From a bacterium (GTDB lineage Bacteria; Patescibacteriota; Patescibacteriia; JAZDEU01), in NCBI GenBank assembly GCA_043800435.1, contig JAZDMY010000043.1, positions 1 through 40,012 of the forward strand: 40,012 nucleotides of DNA, written 5' to 3'. The translations under genes and the position numbers were made by a program. Below the pieces are notes generated by a model. That model worked only from the letters and a program-made list of their open reading frames with translations, did no database searches and was not told where the DNA came from. This document shows, piece by piece, positions 1-9,000 of this stretch; within the stretch, counting starts at the first letter, position 1, and every line of letters starts with the position of its first letter.

Positions 1-1
1 C

Positions 2-262
2 AATGATATAAAAAATTTTATCCTTTGGAGCGGCGATAGTGATTTTGAGGAACCAATCCGTCAATTGATTAGTGACGGCAAGCGAGTAATGTTATTTTCT
101 ACTGCAAGACGCATATCTGTAGAATTAGGGAAACTTACACATAAAGGATTATATATATTTGATATACAAAAAATTCGTAATTTTATTTGTTGGAAAAAAG
201 AGATTGCTAATGATATAAATATTTCCTTAACGCAAAAAGGATCTCACCAAAGAGACCCTTAA
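2..262 (+). CDS. NYN/LabA-like (DUF88) nuclease-fold protein, C-terminal fragment; 5' end outside window
   Basis: Frame is open from nt 2 (NDIKNFILWSGDSDFEEPIRQLISDGKRVMLFS...), with TAA at 260-262. The ORF track only shows the part after an internal TTG at 65. The WSGDSDF acidic motif followed by a G-K-x-V strand is what I recall for the C-terminal half of LabA/NYN domains. Confidence 0.5.
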   Translation, partial: NDIKNFILWSGDSDFEEPIRQLISDGKRVMLFSTARRISVELGKLTHKGLYIFDIQKIRNFICWKKEIANDINISLTQKGSHQRDP

Positions 263-303
263 GCCCACGAATTATTGCGGATGTTTTCATCCTGCTTTTT
301 TAG

Positions 304-324
304 TATATATATATATATATATAT
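304..324. repeat. (TA)n dinucleotide microsatellite, about 10.5 units
   Basis: Read directly: uninterrupted alternating T/A from 304 to 324 in the spacer after the NYN fragment. Confidence 0.95.
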
Positions 325-367
325 TGTCAATAGTAAATTTTTTATTTAATTTTAGCGGAAAAAATAT

Positions 368-508
368 ATGCCAGAACATTTAGGACCAAACGAAGAAGAG
401 ATTTTAAAGATGGAGGGGGAAGAGGAGAGGAAGGAGATGGATAAAATTATGATGGAAAATATATATAGGATGGGATTTTTTAAGTTTGAAAAAATAAGTA
501 CTATATGA
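368..508 (+). CDS. small acidic hypothetical protein (46 aa), stop overlaps the GNAT start
   Basis: ATG at 368 and TGA at 506-508, overlapping the GNAT ATG (505-507) as ATGA. Translation is MPEHLGPNEEEILKMEGEEERKEMDKIMMENIYRMGFFKFEKISTI. No domain recognised, and it is shorter than the ORF-track cut-off. Confidence 0.3.
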   Translation: MPEHLGPNEEEILKMEGEEERKEMDKIMMENIYRMGFFKFEKISTI

Positions 509-1026
509 TAAAAATAAGAAAATATTTAGAAAAAGATATTCCTTACCGCGTCAAGTGGTTAAGTAACCCTAATGTCAATAAATTTATCGGCAATGAAATG
601 GGGCAAAAAACAAATCTGCAAAAAGAAAAGGAATGGTTTGCTAATTATAAAAAAGTTAACAATAAAATGTTTTTCACTATCTGTGATAATTCTAAACCAA
701 TAGGATTGATGGGACTATCAAATATTAACAAATCTAATAAAAATGCAGATTTGTTTATTGCTATCGGCGAAGATGACTATCGTGGCAAGGGAATTGGAAA
801 AATCGCCATGGAATGGATAATTGATTATGGATTCACAAAGCAAAAACTTCATAAAATTAATTTAGGTGTCATCAAGGGTAATATTCCGGCGGTAAATTTG
901 TATAAATCTTTAGGATTTATTATTGAAGGTGAGATGAAAGATGAAGTTTTCTACAAGGGTAAATTTCATAATTTTTTATCTATGGCAATTTTTAATAGAA
1001 ATAAAAATAAGAATAATAAGGAATAA
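505..1026 (+). CDS. GNAT family N-acetyltransferase (RimJ/RimL-like)
   Basis: 173-aa ORF. It has an acetyl-CoA loop of R-G-x-G-x-G type (YRGKGIGKIAMEW) and a NIPAVNLYKSLGFIIEG segment typical of GNAT motif B. Confidence 0.85.
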   Translation: MIKIRKYLEKDIPYRVKWLSNPNVNKFIGNEMGQKTNLQKEKEWFANYKKVNNKMFFTICDNSKPIGLMGLSNINKSNKNADLFIAIGEDDYRGKGIGKIAMEWIIDYGFTKQKLHKINLGVIKGNIPAVNLYKSLGFIIEGEMKDEVFYKGKFHNFLSMAIFNRNKNKNNKE

Positions 1027-1068
1027 AAGTTTTTGCAACTCAAGTTTTATTACTTATCTTACAATTAA

Positions 1069-1764
1069 ATGAAAAAATCACATTTTGGCACAGAACAATA
1101 CAATAATAGATATAAAACATCCAGTGAACGAGCGCCTAGAAATGTAATAAAATTATTTGTTAATAAATATTTAAAAAAGGGGCAAAGTTGCCTTGACTTA
1201 GGATGTGGCGGGGGTAGACATAGTGAATATTTAGCCAAGCAAGGATTAAATGTGACTGCCATTGACTTGTCTGCGGTTGGTGTAGAAAAGACCAAAGAGC
1301 TTTTAAAGAAATATCCCAACTCAATTGCTATGGTTGCAAATATGCATACATTGCCATTTAAGGAAAATTCCTTTGATTGTTTGATTTCTAATCGTGTACT
1401 TGACCATAACGATACTGGTGGTGCAGAAACTACCATGTCAGAGATAAGTCGTGTCTTAAAACCATATAGTATGATATTTATTACAGTAGCATCAATAAGA
1501 CAGAATATTGGAACAAATAATAAAATTTTAGAACAAAATGAATTTGGCGGCATTACATTTATAAAAGCGGAATCAGAAATTCTGCATCATTATTATTCTA
1601 AAGATGAAATAAGAGAATTGGCAAAAAATAATAATTTTGAAGTAGTTGAAATTACAGAAAATACAAAAATAGACCAAAAAGGAGATTTAAAAATTGAATT
1701 ACAGATAACAATGAGAAAGATAGAGAATGCTATTTATAATGTTAAAAAAATGTTTCAGAAATAA
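1069..1764 (+). CDS. class I SAM-dependent methyltransferase
   Basis: Motif I is CLDLGCGGGRHSEYLAKQG, followed by an acidic end of strand 2 (VTAIDLS) and the post-I pattern FDCLISNRVLDH. Confidence 0.85.
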   Translation: MKKSHFGTEQYNNRYKTSSERAPRNVIKLFVNKYLKKGQSCLDLGCGGGRHSEYLAKQGLNVTAIDLSAVGVEKTKELLKKYPNSIAMVANMHTLPFKENSFDCLISNRVLDHNDTGGAETTMSEISRVLKPYSMIFITVASIRQNIGTNNKILEQNEFGGITFIKAESEILHHYYSKDEIRELAKNNNFEVVEITENTKIDQKGDLKIELQITMRKIENAIYNVKKMFQK

Positions 1765-1772
1765 TCGCCCAA

Positions 1773-2399
1773 ATGCAAGAAGGGATGATTAAAATGGATG
1801 AGCTTGTTGATGAGGATATTTTAACGGAAAAAGAAGAAAGGGAAGATTCAGCGCCACTTGCGGATAAAAAAGTGGAACATTTAACTTCTATGGATAGTTT
1901 GCAGGTTGCTTATCTTGAAGGAAAAGCGTATTATGATAATAAATCACTGATGGAATATTTGCATAATATGGAAAACGATTTAATCGCAAAGGATATTAAT
2001 AATGTAAGTAAGGATAGAGTGAATTTAAGTTTAAAATGTGTTGATGATAAGAAAAAGATGCAAGGATATATTTTAGCGTATGAAGGGAAAATGGATAAAA
2101 AGGGGGAAGATATAATTTTTATTGCGGATCTTGCTGCGAGTCCCGAATCAAAAATGGCAGGCGGACGGCTGATAAAGGAATTTATTGGATTGTATAAAAA
2201 ATATTATTTAGATGAAGGCAAATTGATACCCATAGTCGCTGACGCGCGGGAGAAAACAAGTTATCAGATAATTTTAAAGCAGGCGGAAAAGATGGGTAAG
2301 GAGTTAGGAGTAAAATTTAGGATTGAAGAAATAGGAGAGGAAGAAAAAGGAGAGGATATAATGCATTTGGTAAAAATAATTCCTGAGAAAGAAAATTAA
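1773..2399 (+). CDS. hypothetical protein with acidic termini; possibly a divergent GNAT-like fold
   Basis: 208-aa ORF with no overlap problems. The only weak hint is IFIADLAASPESKMAGGRLIKEF, which resembles a GNAT beta4-alpha3 acetyl-CoA loop. Confidence 0.4.
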   Translation: MQEGMIKMDELVDEDILTEKEEREDSAPLADKKVEHLTSMDSLQVAYLEGKAYYDNKSLMEYLHNMENDLIAKDINNVSKDRVNLSLKCVDDKKKMQGYILAYEGKMDKKGEDIIFIADLAASPESKMAGGRLIKEFIGLYKKYYLDEGKLIPIVADAREKTSYQIILKQAEKMGKELGVKFRIEEIGEEEKGEDIMHLVKIIPEKEN

Positions 2400-2417
2400 T
2401 AGCAGCGGTAAAAATTT

Positions 2418-2978
2418 ATGTCCGAAATTACAAGTAAAATAAAGGAAAAGATAAAAGATAGAATGGCTGTCAAAAGTATGACAGAATATAGCGTTAAATA
2501 TATGGCGATTGGCGCCATTGATTGCATCTTAGATTTTATTCTTTACTTTTGTTTAACGCGCGGTTTTCCTTTTTGGCGGCAGCATTTTTTAATTGCTAAT
2601 TTAATCGCATTTATGGTAAGCGATGCGTCAGTATTTGATATAGAACGGAAATGGGTATTTAAACTTCCAGTATTGCCAAAGGATGAACAGGAAGCTGAAA
2701 AAATGAATTTATCAAAAAATGAAGAAAATACTATCCATATTCATTATTTTAAATATTTGCTTGTAAGCTTTTTAGCATTTACTGTTAATGAATTAGGATT
2801 ATTTATTTTTGTGGCGGTTTTTAGAGTAAATGATTTAATTGTAAAAGCGTCAATGGGCATTGTGATAGGATTAGGCAGGCTTTTTACGCATAAGTTTTGG
2901 ACATTCAGGAGCAAGAAAATATCAAAGCAAGACCGACTTCCGCCTGTGCAGACAGTAAATAACAAAACAATAAATTAG
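2418..2978 (+). CDS. GtrA-like small membrane protein
   Basis: 186 aa with four hydrophobic segments. The N-terminal KYMAIGAIDCILDFILYFCL pattern is as in the GtrA family. It has an unusual ~45-aa hydrophilic insert between TM2 and TM3. Confidence 0.6.
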   Translation: MSEITSKIKEKIKDRMAVKSMTEYSVKYMAIGAIDCILDFILYFCLTRGFPFWRQHFLIANLIAFMVSDASVFDIERKWVFKLPVLPKDEQEAEKMNLSKNEENTIHIHYFKYLLVSFLAFTVNELGLFIFVAVFRVNDLIVKASMGIVIGLGRLFTHKFWTFRSKKISKQDRLPPVQTVNNKTIN

Positions 2979-3110
2979 GTTGCGCACATAGCGCAACGTG
3001 ATTTGATTCCCCCTTTCTTAATCCCCCCCGTTATACGACGGGACTGGCGCCTTTGCAAAAGGGGGAAACGCTCTGGGAAAAAATATTGAAATTCCTGTGC
3101 ATTAAATTAA
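2979..3110. repeat. composite GC-rich hairpin repeat, modules A-B-C
   Basis: Hairpin GTTGCGC-ACATA-GCGCAAC lies at 2979-2997. TCCCCCTT (3009-3016) pairs with AAGGGGGA (3059-3066). Three exact matches link it to the second locus: 17-mer GCACATAGCGCAACGTG (2984-3000 = 27654-27670); 17-mer CCTTTGCAAAAGGGGGA (3050-3066 = 27914-27930); 19-mer AAAATATTGAAATTCCTGT (3080-3098 = 27845-27863). Confidence 0.7.
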
Positions 3111-3114
3111 ATTT

Positions 3115-3552
3115 ATGCCTCTGCCTGAAATATCAAAAAGAAAATATATGTTTACGGATGATATTAAGTTCCTGCAAAAGATTATAATTTTTCATCCCGA
3201 AGAATATAAATTTTTGGCGCTTAAAAGATCAAAAAATATGGAGACGCGTCCGAGTTGTTATGACTTACCCGGCGGGAATGTCCTTTTCGGAGAACTTCAT
3301 ATGGACTCTCTTAAAAAAGAGATAAAGGAAGAAACCGGAATAGAAGCGGAAGATATAAAAATTGCTTATTTTATTACAAATTATGAAAACGGGATTTATT
3401 ACATATTCGCGGGTTACACAGGAAATGCTTTGTCTGAAAATATAAAATTAAGCCATGAACACAGCGAATACAGATGGGTAACAAAAGAGGAGTTTTTAAA
3501 GCTTGAATCCGGCGAATATTTAATAAATTTCATTAATGCCACATTAAAATAA
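3115..3552 (+). CDS. NUDIX hydrolase
   Basis: Nudix box GGNVLFGELHMDSLKKEIKEETGIE (G-x5-E-x7-K-E-x2-E-E-x-G). Confidence 0.8.
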   Translation: MPLPEISKRKYMFTDDIKFLQKIIIFHPEEYKFLALKRSKNMETRPSCYDLPGGNVLFGELHMDSLKKEIKEETGIEAEDIKIAYFITNYENGIYYIFAGYTGNALSENIKLSHEHSEYRWVTKEEFLKLESGEYLINFINATLK

Positions 3553-3560
3553 CTATTAAT

Positions 3561-4604
3561 ATGACCACTAAACCTCTATTCAATCAAAAAAATGTTATCG
3601 TTATAGGCGGAGCGGGATTTATTGGCGCTTATCTTTGCAATGAATTAGTTAAAAAAAATTTTGTAATCTGCATTGATGATTTATCCGGAGGAGATGAGAA
3701 AAACATTGACCATTTACTTGGATTACCGAATTTTAAATTTATAAAACATGATATCACAACCCCGTTAAATCTTGAAGAGCGAAGCGAACTTTCAGGAGTT
3801 GATTTAAAATTTCAAGGCATTCAAGAAATATACCATTTAGCGGCTTTAATGTCGCCTAAAAAATTTAAAGAGACGAAGGTAGAGATATTTAATGTAAATA
3901 TAGAAGGCACAAGAAACGCGCTTGATTTAGCGGTTAAATACTCAAGTAAATTTTTACTTTCTTCATCATCTGTCGTTTACGGAAAAAGACCTGATGATAA
4001 AACTTTTTTTCAAGAAGATTATTTTGGATATGTTGATCAAATTGGAGAAAGATGCTGTTATGACGAGGGTAAAAGATGCGCCGAAAGTTTAACGGCAATT
4101 TATAAAGAAAAGTATAAGATAGATGCGAAAATTGCCAGAATTTTTAGGACATACGGACCAAAAATGAAATTAAATGACGGACATATGCTGCCGGATTTTG
4201 TCGCAAGCGCTCTTGAAGGGCATGATTTAATAATTCACGGGAATGAAGATTTTTCAACATCGTTATGTTATGTGACGGACTTAATAGACGGAATGCTGAA
4301 ATTAATGGATATGGATATTGATATCGGTCCTGTTAATTTCGGGAACGATCAAAATTATAAATTATCTTATATTGCCGATAGAATTATACAAATCGCAAAA
4401 GAAATTTCCCCGCTCGCAAAAAATGCTAAAATTATTTACGGCGAAGAACTTGTTTTTATGACGCCGCTCGGGCTACCGTCAATAGCAAAAGCAAAGGAAA
4501 AACTCGGTTGGCTGCCTATAATAACATTAGATAGAGGATTAAGAAATATGGTTGATTATATTATGGCGAATAAGGATCTTGTTAATTTTAGATTTAAGAT
4601 TTAA
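3561..4604 (+). CDS. NAD-dependent epimerase/dehydratase, UDP-glucuronate decarboxylase (UXS)-like
   Basis: Rossmann motif GGAGFIGAYL and catalytic YDEGKRCAES (Y-x3-K in the context I recall for UXS enzymes). 347 aa. Confidence 0.8.
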   Translation: MTTKPLFNQKNVIVIGGAGFIGAYLCNELVKKNFVICIDDLSGGDEKNIDHLLGLPNFKFIKHDITTPLNLEERSELSGVDLKFQGIQEIYHLAALMSPKKFKETKVEIFNVNIEGTRNALDLAVKYSSKFLLSSSSVVYGKRPDDKTFFQEDYFGYVDQIGERCCYDEGKRCAESLTAIYKEKYKIDAKIARIFRTYGPKMKLNDGHMLPDFVASALEGHDLIIHGNEDFSTSLCYVTDLIDGMLKLMDMDIDIGPVNFGNDQNYKLSYIADRIIQIAKEISPLAKNAKIIYGEELVFMTPLGLPSIAKAKEKLGWLPIITLDRGLRNMVDYIMANKDLVNFRFKI

Positions 4605-4824
4605 GATTATAGTCCATTTATATTTAATTTAAATCTAAACTTTGGTAAATTTAATAACTCAAACCTAAAAACGCAAATGTCAAAATCACAACTCAAATAT
4701 TAAAACTTGCGTAGTTATAAAATTTTAAGCTGTAGTTTTTAATTTTCATATTCACTCTTTTAATTGTTTTAGAAAATTAATAAAGCTTTTTGCTAAATCT
4801 AAAATCTACAATCATAAATCAAAA

Positions 4825-5700
4825 ATGTTTGATACTCATTGTCACGTAAATTTTAATAACTATAAAGAAGATTCGCGGGAAATTATAAAAGATTGTCTGG
4901 ATAGAAATATCCGGTTGATTATCATTGGATCTCAATATGATACTTCAGCTCGCGCGATTAGGATAGCTGAAGAATATGAAAATGGCGTTTATGCCGCGAT
5001 CGGGCTTCATCCGATACATTTAATAGAGATGCAAGTTAATGAAGAAGAATTTGCATTTAAAAGCAGGGAGGAAAAATTTGATAAAGGACGGTATATGGAA
5101 TTACTGCGTGGCGCACTCCCTTTGGAAAAGGTGGAAAGGGGGATTTTAAAAAAAATCATTGCTATTGGCGAAATCGGGCTTGATTATTTCCATATCCCTG
5201 CTAATATAAATTTTGAGGAGGTAAGGAAAATTCAAAAAAAAGGATTTATTTCCCAGATAGAATTTGCGCGAGAACAGAATTTACCAGTGATTCTTCATTG
5301 CCGGGGCGCTAAGGATAATCTATACGGTGCGTATAATGAAATGCTTGAGATATTGGAAGATTTTAGAGGTAAGGTAAGAGGCGTAATTCATTGTTTTGTC
5401 GGAAACTTAGAAATAGCGGAAAAATTTTTAAACTTGGGATTTTATATCGGTTTTACCGGAATAATAACCTTTAAAAACGCGGGGCAAGAATTATTAGAAG
5501 CGGTAAAAAATATTCCACTGAACAGAATTTTAGCGGAAACAGATTGTCCATATCTTGCGCCTGAACCATATCGCGGTAAAAGATGTATGCCGCAATATGT
5601 GGAATTTACTTTGCGTAAAATTGCCGAATTAAAAGGAGTAAGTTTTGAAGAAGCCGAAAAGCGGACGGATAAAAATGCGGAGGAGTTATTTGGGATTTAG
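4825..5700 (+). CDS. TatD family metal-dependent hydrolase
   Basis: FDTHCHVNF (HxH), GEIGLDY, ILHCR, IHCFVG and ETDCPYLAP motifs appear in canonical order. Confidence 0.9.
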   Translation: MFDTHCHVNFNNYKEDSREIIKDCLDRNIRLIIIGSQYDTSARAIRIAEEYENGVYAAIGLHPIHLIEMQVNEEEFAFKSREEKFDKGRYMELLRGALPLEKVERGILKKIIAIGEIGLDYFHIPANINFEEVRKIQKKGFISQIEFAREQNLPVILHCRGAKDNLYGAYNEMLEILEDFRGKVRGVIHCFVGNLEIAEKFLNLGFYIGFTGIITFKNAGQELLEAVKNIPLNRILAETDCPYLAPEPYRGKRCMPQYVEFTLRKIAELKGVSFEEAEKRTDKNAEELFGI

Positions 5701-5730
5701 ATTAAGAAGAATATTTTTTGTTTGAAAAAA

Positions 5731-5804
5731 CGGGGCGTAGCGCAGTTGGCTAGCGCGCATGCATGGGGTGCATGAGGTCGCCTGTTCAAGTCAGGTCGCC
5801 CCGA
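5731..5804 (+). tRNA. tRNA-Pro (anticodon GGG)
   Basis: Cloverleaf folded by hand:
- Acceptor CGGGGCG/CGCCCCG (5731-5737 / 5797-5803).
- D arm GCGC-AGTTGGCTA-GCGC.
- Anticodon arm CATGC-[AT GGG GT]-GCATG, giving anticodon GGG with G37.
- Variable loop AGGTC.
- T arm GCCTG-TTCAAGT-CAGGT.
- Discriminator A5804.
C1:G72 plus A73 fits bacterial tRNA-Pro. CCA is not encoded. Confidence 0.9.
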
Positions 5805-5859
5805 CTTGTATTTACTCTGATATCCAATAGAGATCGTACATTTAAAAAAGGAGTAACTT

Positions 5860-6018
5860 ATGCCAAAAATAGAGTTAATAGAGGTATTATTGGAGAGATT
5901 AGAAATTTTTATTGCTAATTTGGATCCAATTAGTGATTCAAAAAAAATAAAAGAATATGAAATGATTCAAACTTGCTATCTGGGCGATTTGTTACGAATA
6001 GAGGGGCTTAAAAAATAG
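5860..6018 (+). CDS. small hypothetical protein (52 aa) with strong RBS and its own terminator
   Basis: AAGGAG lies 7 nt upstream of ATG 5860, and TAG is at 6016-6018. Translation is MPKIELIEVLLERLEIFIANLDPISDSKKIKEYEMIQTCYLGDLLRIEGLKK. A perfect 12-bp hairpin follows immediately. Confidence 0.45.
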   Translation: MPKIELIEVLLERLEIFIANLDPISDSKKIKEYEMIQTCYLGDLLRIEGLKK

Positions 6019-6060
6019 GCAAAGCAAAGAAAAATAATCCCCTTTGCTTTGCCTGTTTAA
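6018..6060 (+). terminator. intrinsic-terminator-like hairpin
   Basis: GGCAAAGCAAAG (6018-6029) pairs perfectly with CTTTGCTTTGCC (6042-6053). The loop is 12 nt and is followed by TGTTT. Confidence 0.6.
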
Positions 6061-6093
6061 ATTTTATGAAATATAAATTTATATTTTTTCAAT

Positions 6094-9000
6094 ATGTCAA
6101 CTTTATTAGAAAACTTAAATCCGGAGCAAACGCAGGCAGTTGTCCATGAAAACGGACCGCTTTTGATTGTGGCGGGCGCGGGGACTGGGAAGACAACGGT
6201 TATTACGAAACGAATCGCATGGTTAATTGAAAATGGAAAGGCAAATGGAGATGAGATTTTAGCTTTAACATTTACGGATAAGGCGGCAGGGGAGATGGAA
6301 GAGCGGGTGGACTTATTATTGCCATATGGATATGTAGATTTATGGATTTCAACTTTCCATTCTTTTTGCGATAGAATTTTGCGCGATTATGCACTGGACA
6401 TAGGGCTGCCGAATAACTATAAACTGATAAATACGACGGAGCAATGGATGCTTATAAAAAAAAATTTAGGCAGGTTTAATCTAGACTATTATAAGCCGTT
6501 CGGAAATCCCACGAAATTTATTCACGCGCTGGTAAAACATTTTTCTAGATGCAAAGATGAAGGGATATCGCCTGTGGGGTATCTTGCATATGCCGAATCT
6601 CTTCGGCTTAATCAGGATAATGCGGAGAGTGGAGCGGCAATAAGTAAAAAGTCACCCGCCAGAACGACTAACGTCATTCAGTCGGGCTGGAAAGCTAAAA
6701 TGCCTGCTCTGAGTTTACCGAAGGGGAAAAAACTAAAAAATGAGAATGAAAATGAGATTACCGAGCTGGAAATAAAAAAAGTAGAAGAGGTCGCGAATGC
6801 TTATCATATTTATCAGCAAATTTTATTGGAAAACGATGCTTTTGATTTTGGAGATCTTATTAACTATACCTTGAAATTATTCAAAGAACGGCCGAATATT
6901 TTAGCGCATCTGCGCAGCAAATTTAAATATGTTTTAGTGGATGAATTTCAGGATACGAACTGGGCGCAATATGAATTGATAAAGATGCTTGCGGCGCCTA
7001 AGAATAATATAACTTGCGTCGCGGATGACGATCAGTCAATTTATTTATTCCGCGGGAGTTCGGTTAACAATGTATTGCAGTTTGCGAAGGACTATCCGAA
7101 ATGCGAGGAAATTGTCTTAACTGAAAATTACCGTTCAAAACAGGATATTTTAGACCTGTCATATAATTTTATCCAGCAAAATAATCCAAATCGTCTTGAG
7201 TATCATCTTAATCAAGATGATGTTATGCGTGAGCGGGCGAAGGAAAAGGGAATTGAACTTAAGGATTATAAAGCGATAAATAAAAAACTGCATTCAAATA
7301 CAGCAGGAAAAGCAATTGTTGAACATTTGCATTGTGAGACGTTGGAAGATGAGGTGAATGTTGTTATTGCGCAGATTTTGAAAATAAAGGAACAGAAATT
7401 AGAAACCCTCCCGCACGAGCCATTCGGGCAGGTTGGAAATCAGAAATTGGAAGAGCAAGAATTAAGAATTAAGAATCAGGAATTAAGTAAAACGGAAAAA
7501 ATCCCCCTTAATCCATCTTTACAAAAGGGGGAAATAAATTGGTCTGATTTTGCGATACTTGTTCGGGCAAATGACAGCGCTATCCCTTTTATTAACGCTC
7601 TTGAGCGCGCGGGCATTCCGTATCAGTTTTACTCATTTAGAGGTTTATACAATAAGCCGGTAATTTTAGACATAACTTCCTATTTTCGCTTGCTTGATAA
7701 TTATCATGAGGCGGCAGCTTTATACAGGGTGCTTAATATGCCGATATGGAAAATAACGCACAAAGATTTTTCTAAACTTAATTATGAGGCGTTTCGCCGG
7801 GGAAAATCGTTATTCTATATAGTGAAGAATTATTCTCTATTAAATGAACTTGATGAGGAAACTATAAAATCGCTTGAGAAAATCGTATTGCTTATTGAAA
7901 AGCATTCAAAAATGGCGCAAGAAAAAAGTGTGAGCGAGATTATAACCGTATTTCTGAATGATTCGGGATATTTAGAATATCTCGTAAAAAATCAAACATC
8001 CGATAATGTTAAAAATTTAAGATATTTAAATGAATTTTATAAAAAAATAAAAGAGTTTGAAAGCGCCGAGAAAGAACCGCGGCTTAGAAATTTTATAGAA
8101 GAACTTTTAATGGAAGTGGAAGCAGGCGATGAGGGAACATTAAGTTTGGATATTGATGCCGGACCTGACATGGTAAAAATTATGACGATTCACAGCGCGA
8201 AAGGATTAGAATTTCCGTATGTTTTTATCACGAATTTAGTGGATAAAAAATTTCCAACGATTGAAAGGCATGATCCAATTGAAATTCCGGAGGCATTGAT
8301 AAAAGAAATATTGCCTGACGGAGATATCCATCTTCAAGAAGAGCGGCGGCTTTTTTATGTTGCGATGACACGCGCAAAAGAAGGATTATTTTTTACATCC
8401 GCTGAAAATTATGGCGGCGTTAGGAAAAAGAAAATTTCACGTTTTTTGCCGGAGATGTTCCCGAATATTACAGATAGTCAAAAATTAACAGCATCTCCGG
8501 ATTGGCTTCGCGGATTGCGCGCGGATAGTAACGCTGATCAGACTGAGAAATATAGATACGCATCTGAGAAATGCGAAAAAGAATTTGTCTTACCGAAGCA
8601 ATTCAGCTATACGCAATTGGCGGCATTTGAGAAATGTCCATTGCAATATAAATTTGCGCATATTCTACGCATCCCAATAAAAGGAAAAGGGAGTTTCAGT
8701 TTCGGGAAGACAATGCATAGCACATTGCAGAAGTTTTTTGCGTTAATGAATGAGAGGAAGAATAAAAAGCAAATCGGTCTTTTCGGCGAGGCGGAATCTG
8801 ATAATCTTCCGAAATTGGAAGATTTATTAAAAATTTATAATGAATCATGGATTGATGAATGGTATGAAAATGATAAGGAACAGGAGGAAAAAAAGAAAAC
8901 GGGGCGAGAGTCCTTGAAAGAATTTTATAATTTGCATAAGGATAACTGGCCGGAAGTTTTATTTTTAGAAAAAGGATTTAATTTGAAAATTGGTAACTAT

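Noticed and set aside
1065-1553. 162-aa minus-strand ORF antisense to the methyltransferase gene
   Set aside because: It is fully nested opposite a gene with clear SAM-MTase motifs. Its product is Cys/Leu/Phe-rich and motif-free, typical of a shadow ORF in AT-rich DNA.
2979-3110. The hairpin repeats as a CRISPR array
   Set aside because: There are no regularly spaced identical direct repeats separated by unique spacers. Copies are dispersed, modular and differently ordered, and no cas genes are present. The Cas4-like domain belongs to the helicase.
5731-6093. An integrated element or prophage at tRNA-Pro
   Set aside because: Only a 52-aa ORF lies between the tRNA and the helicase gene. I can see no integrase and no repeat of the tRNA 3' end in the window.
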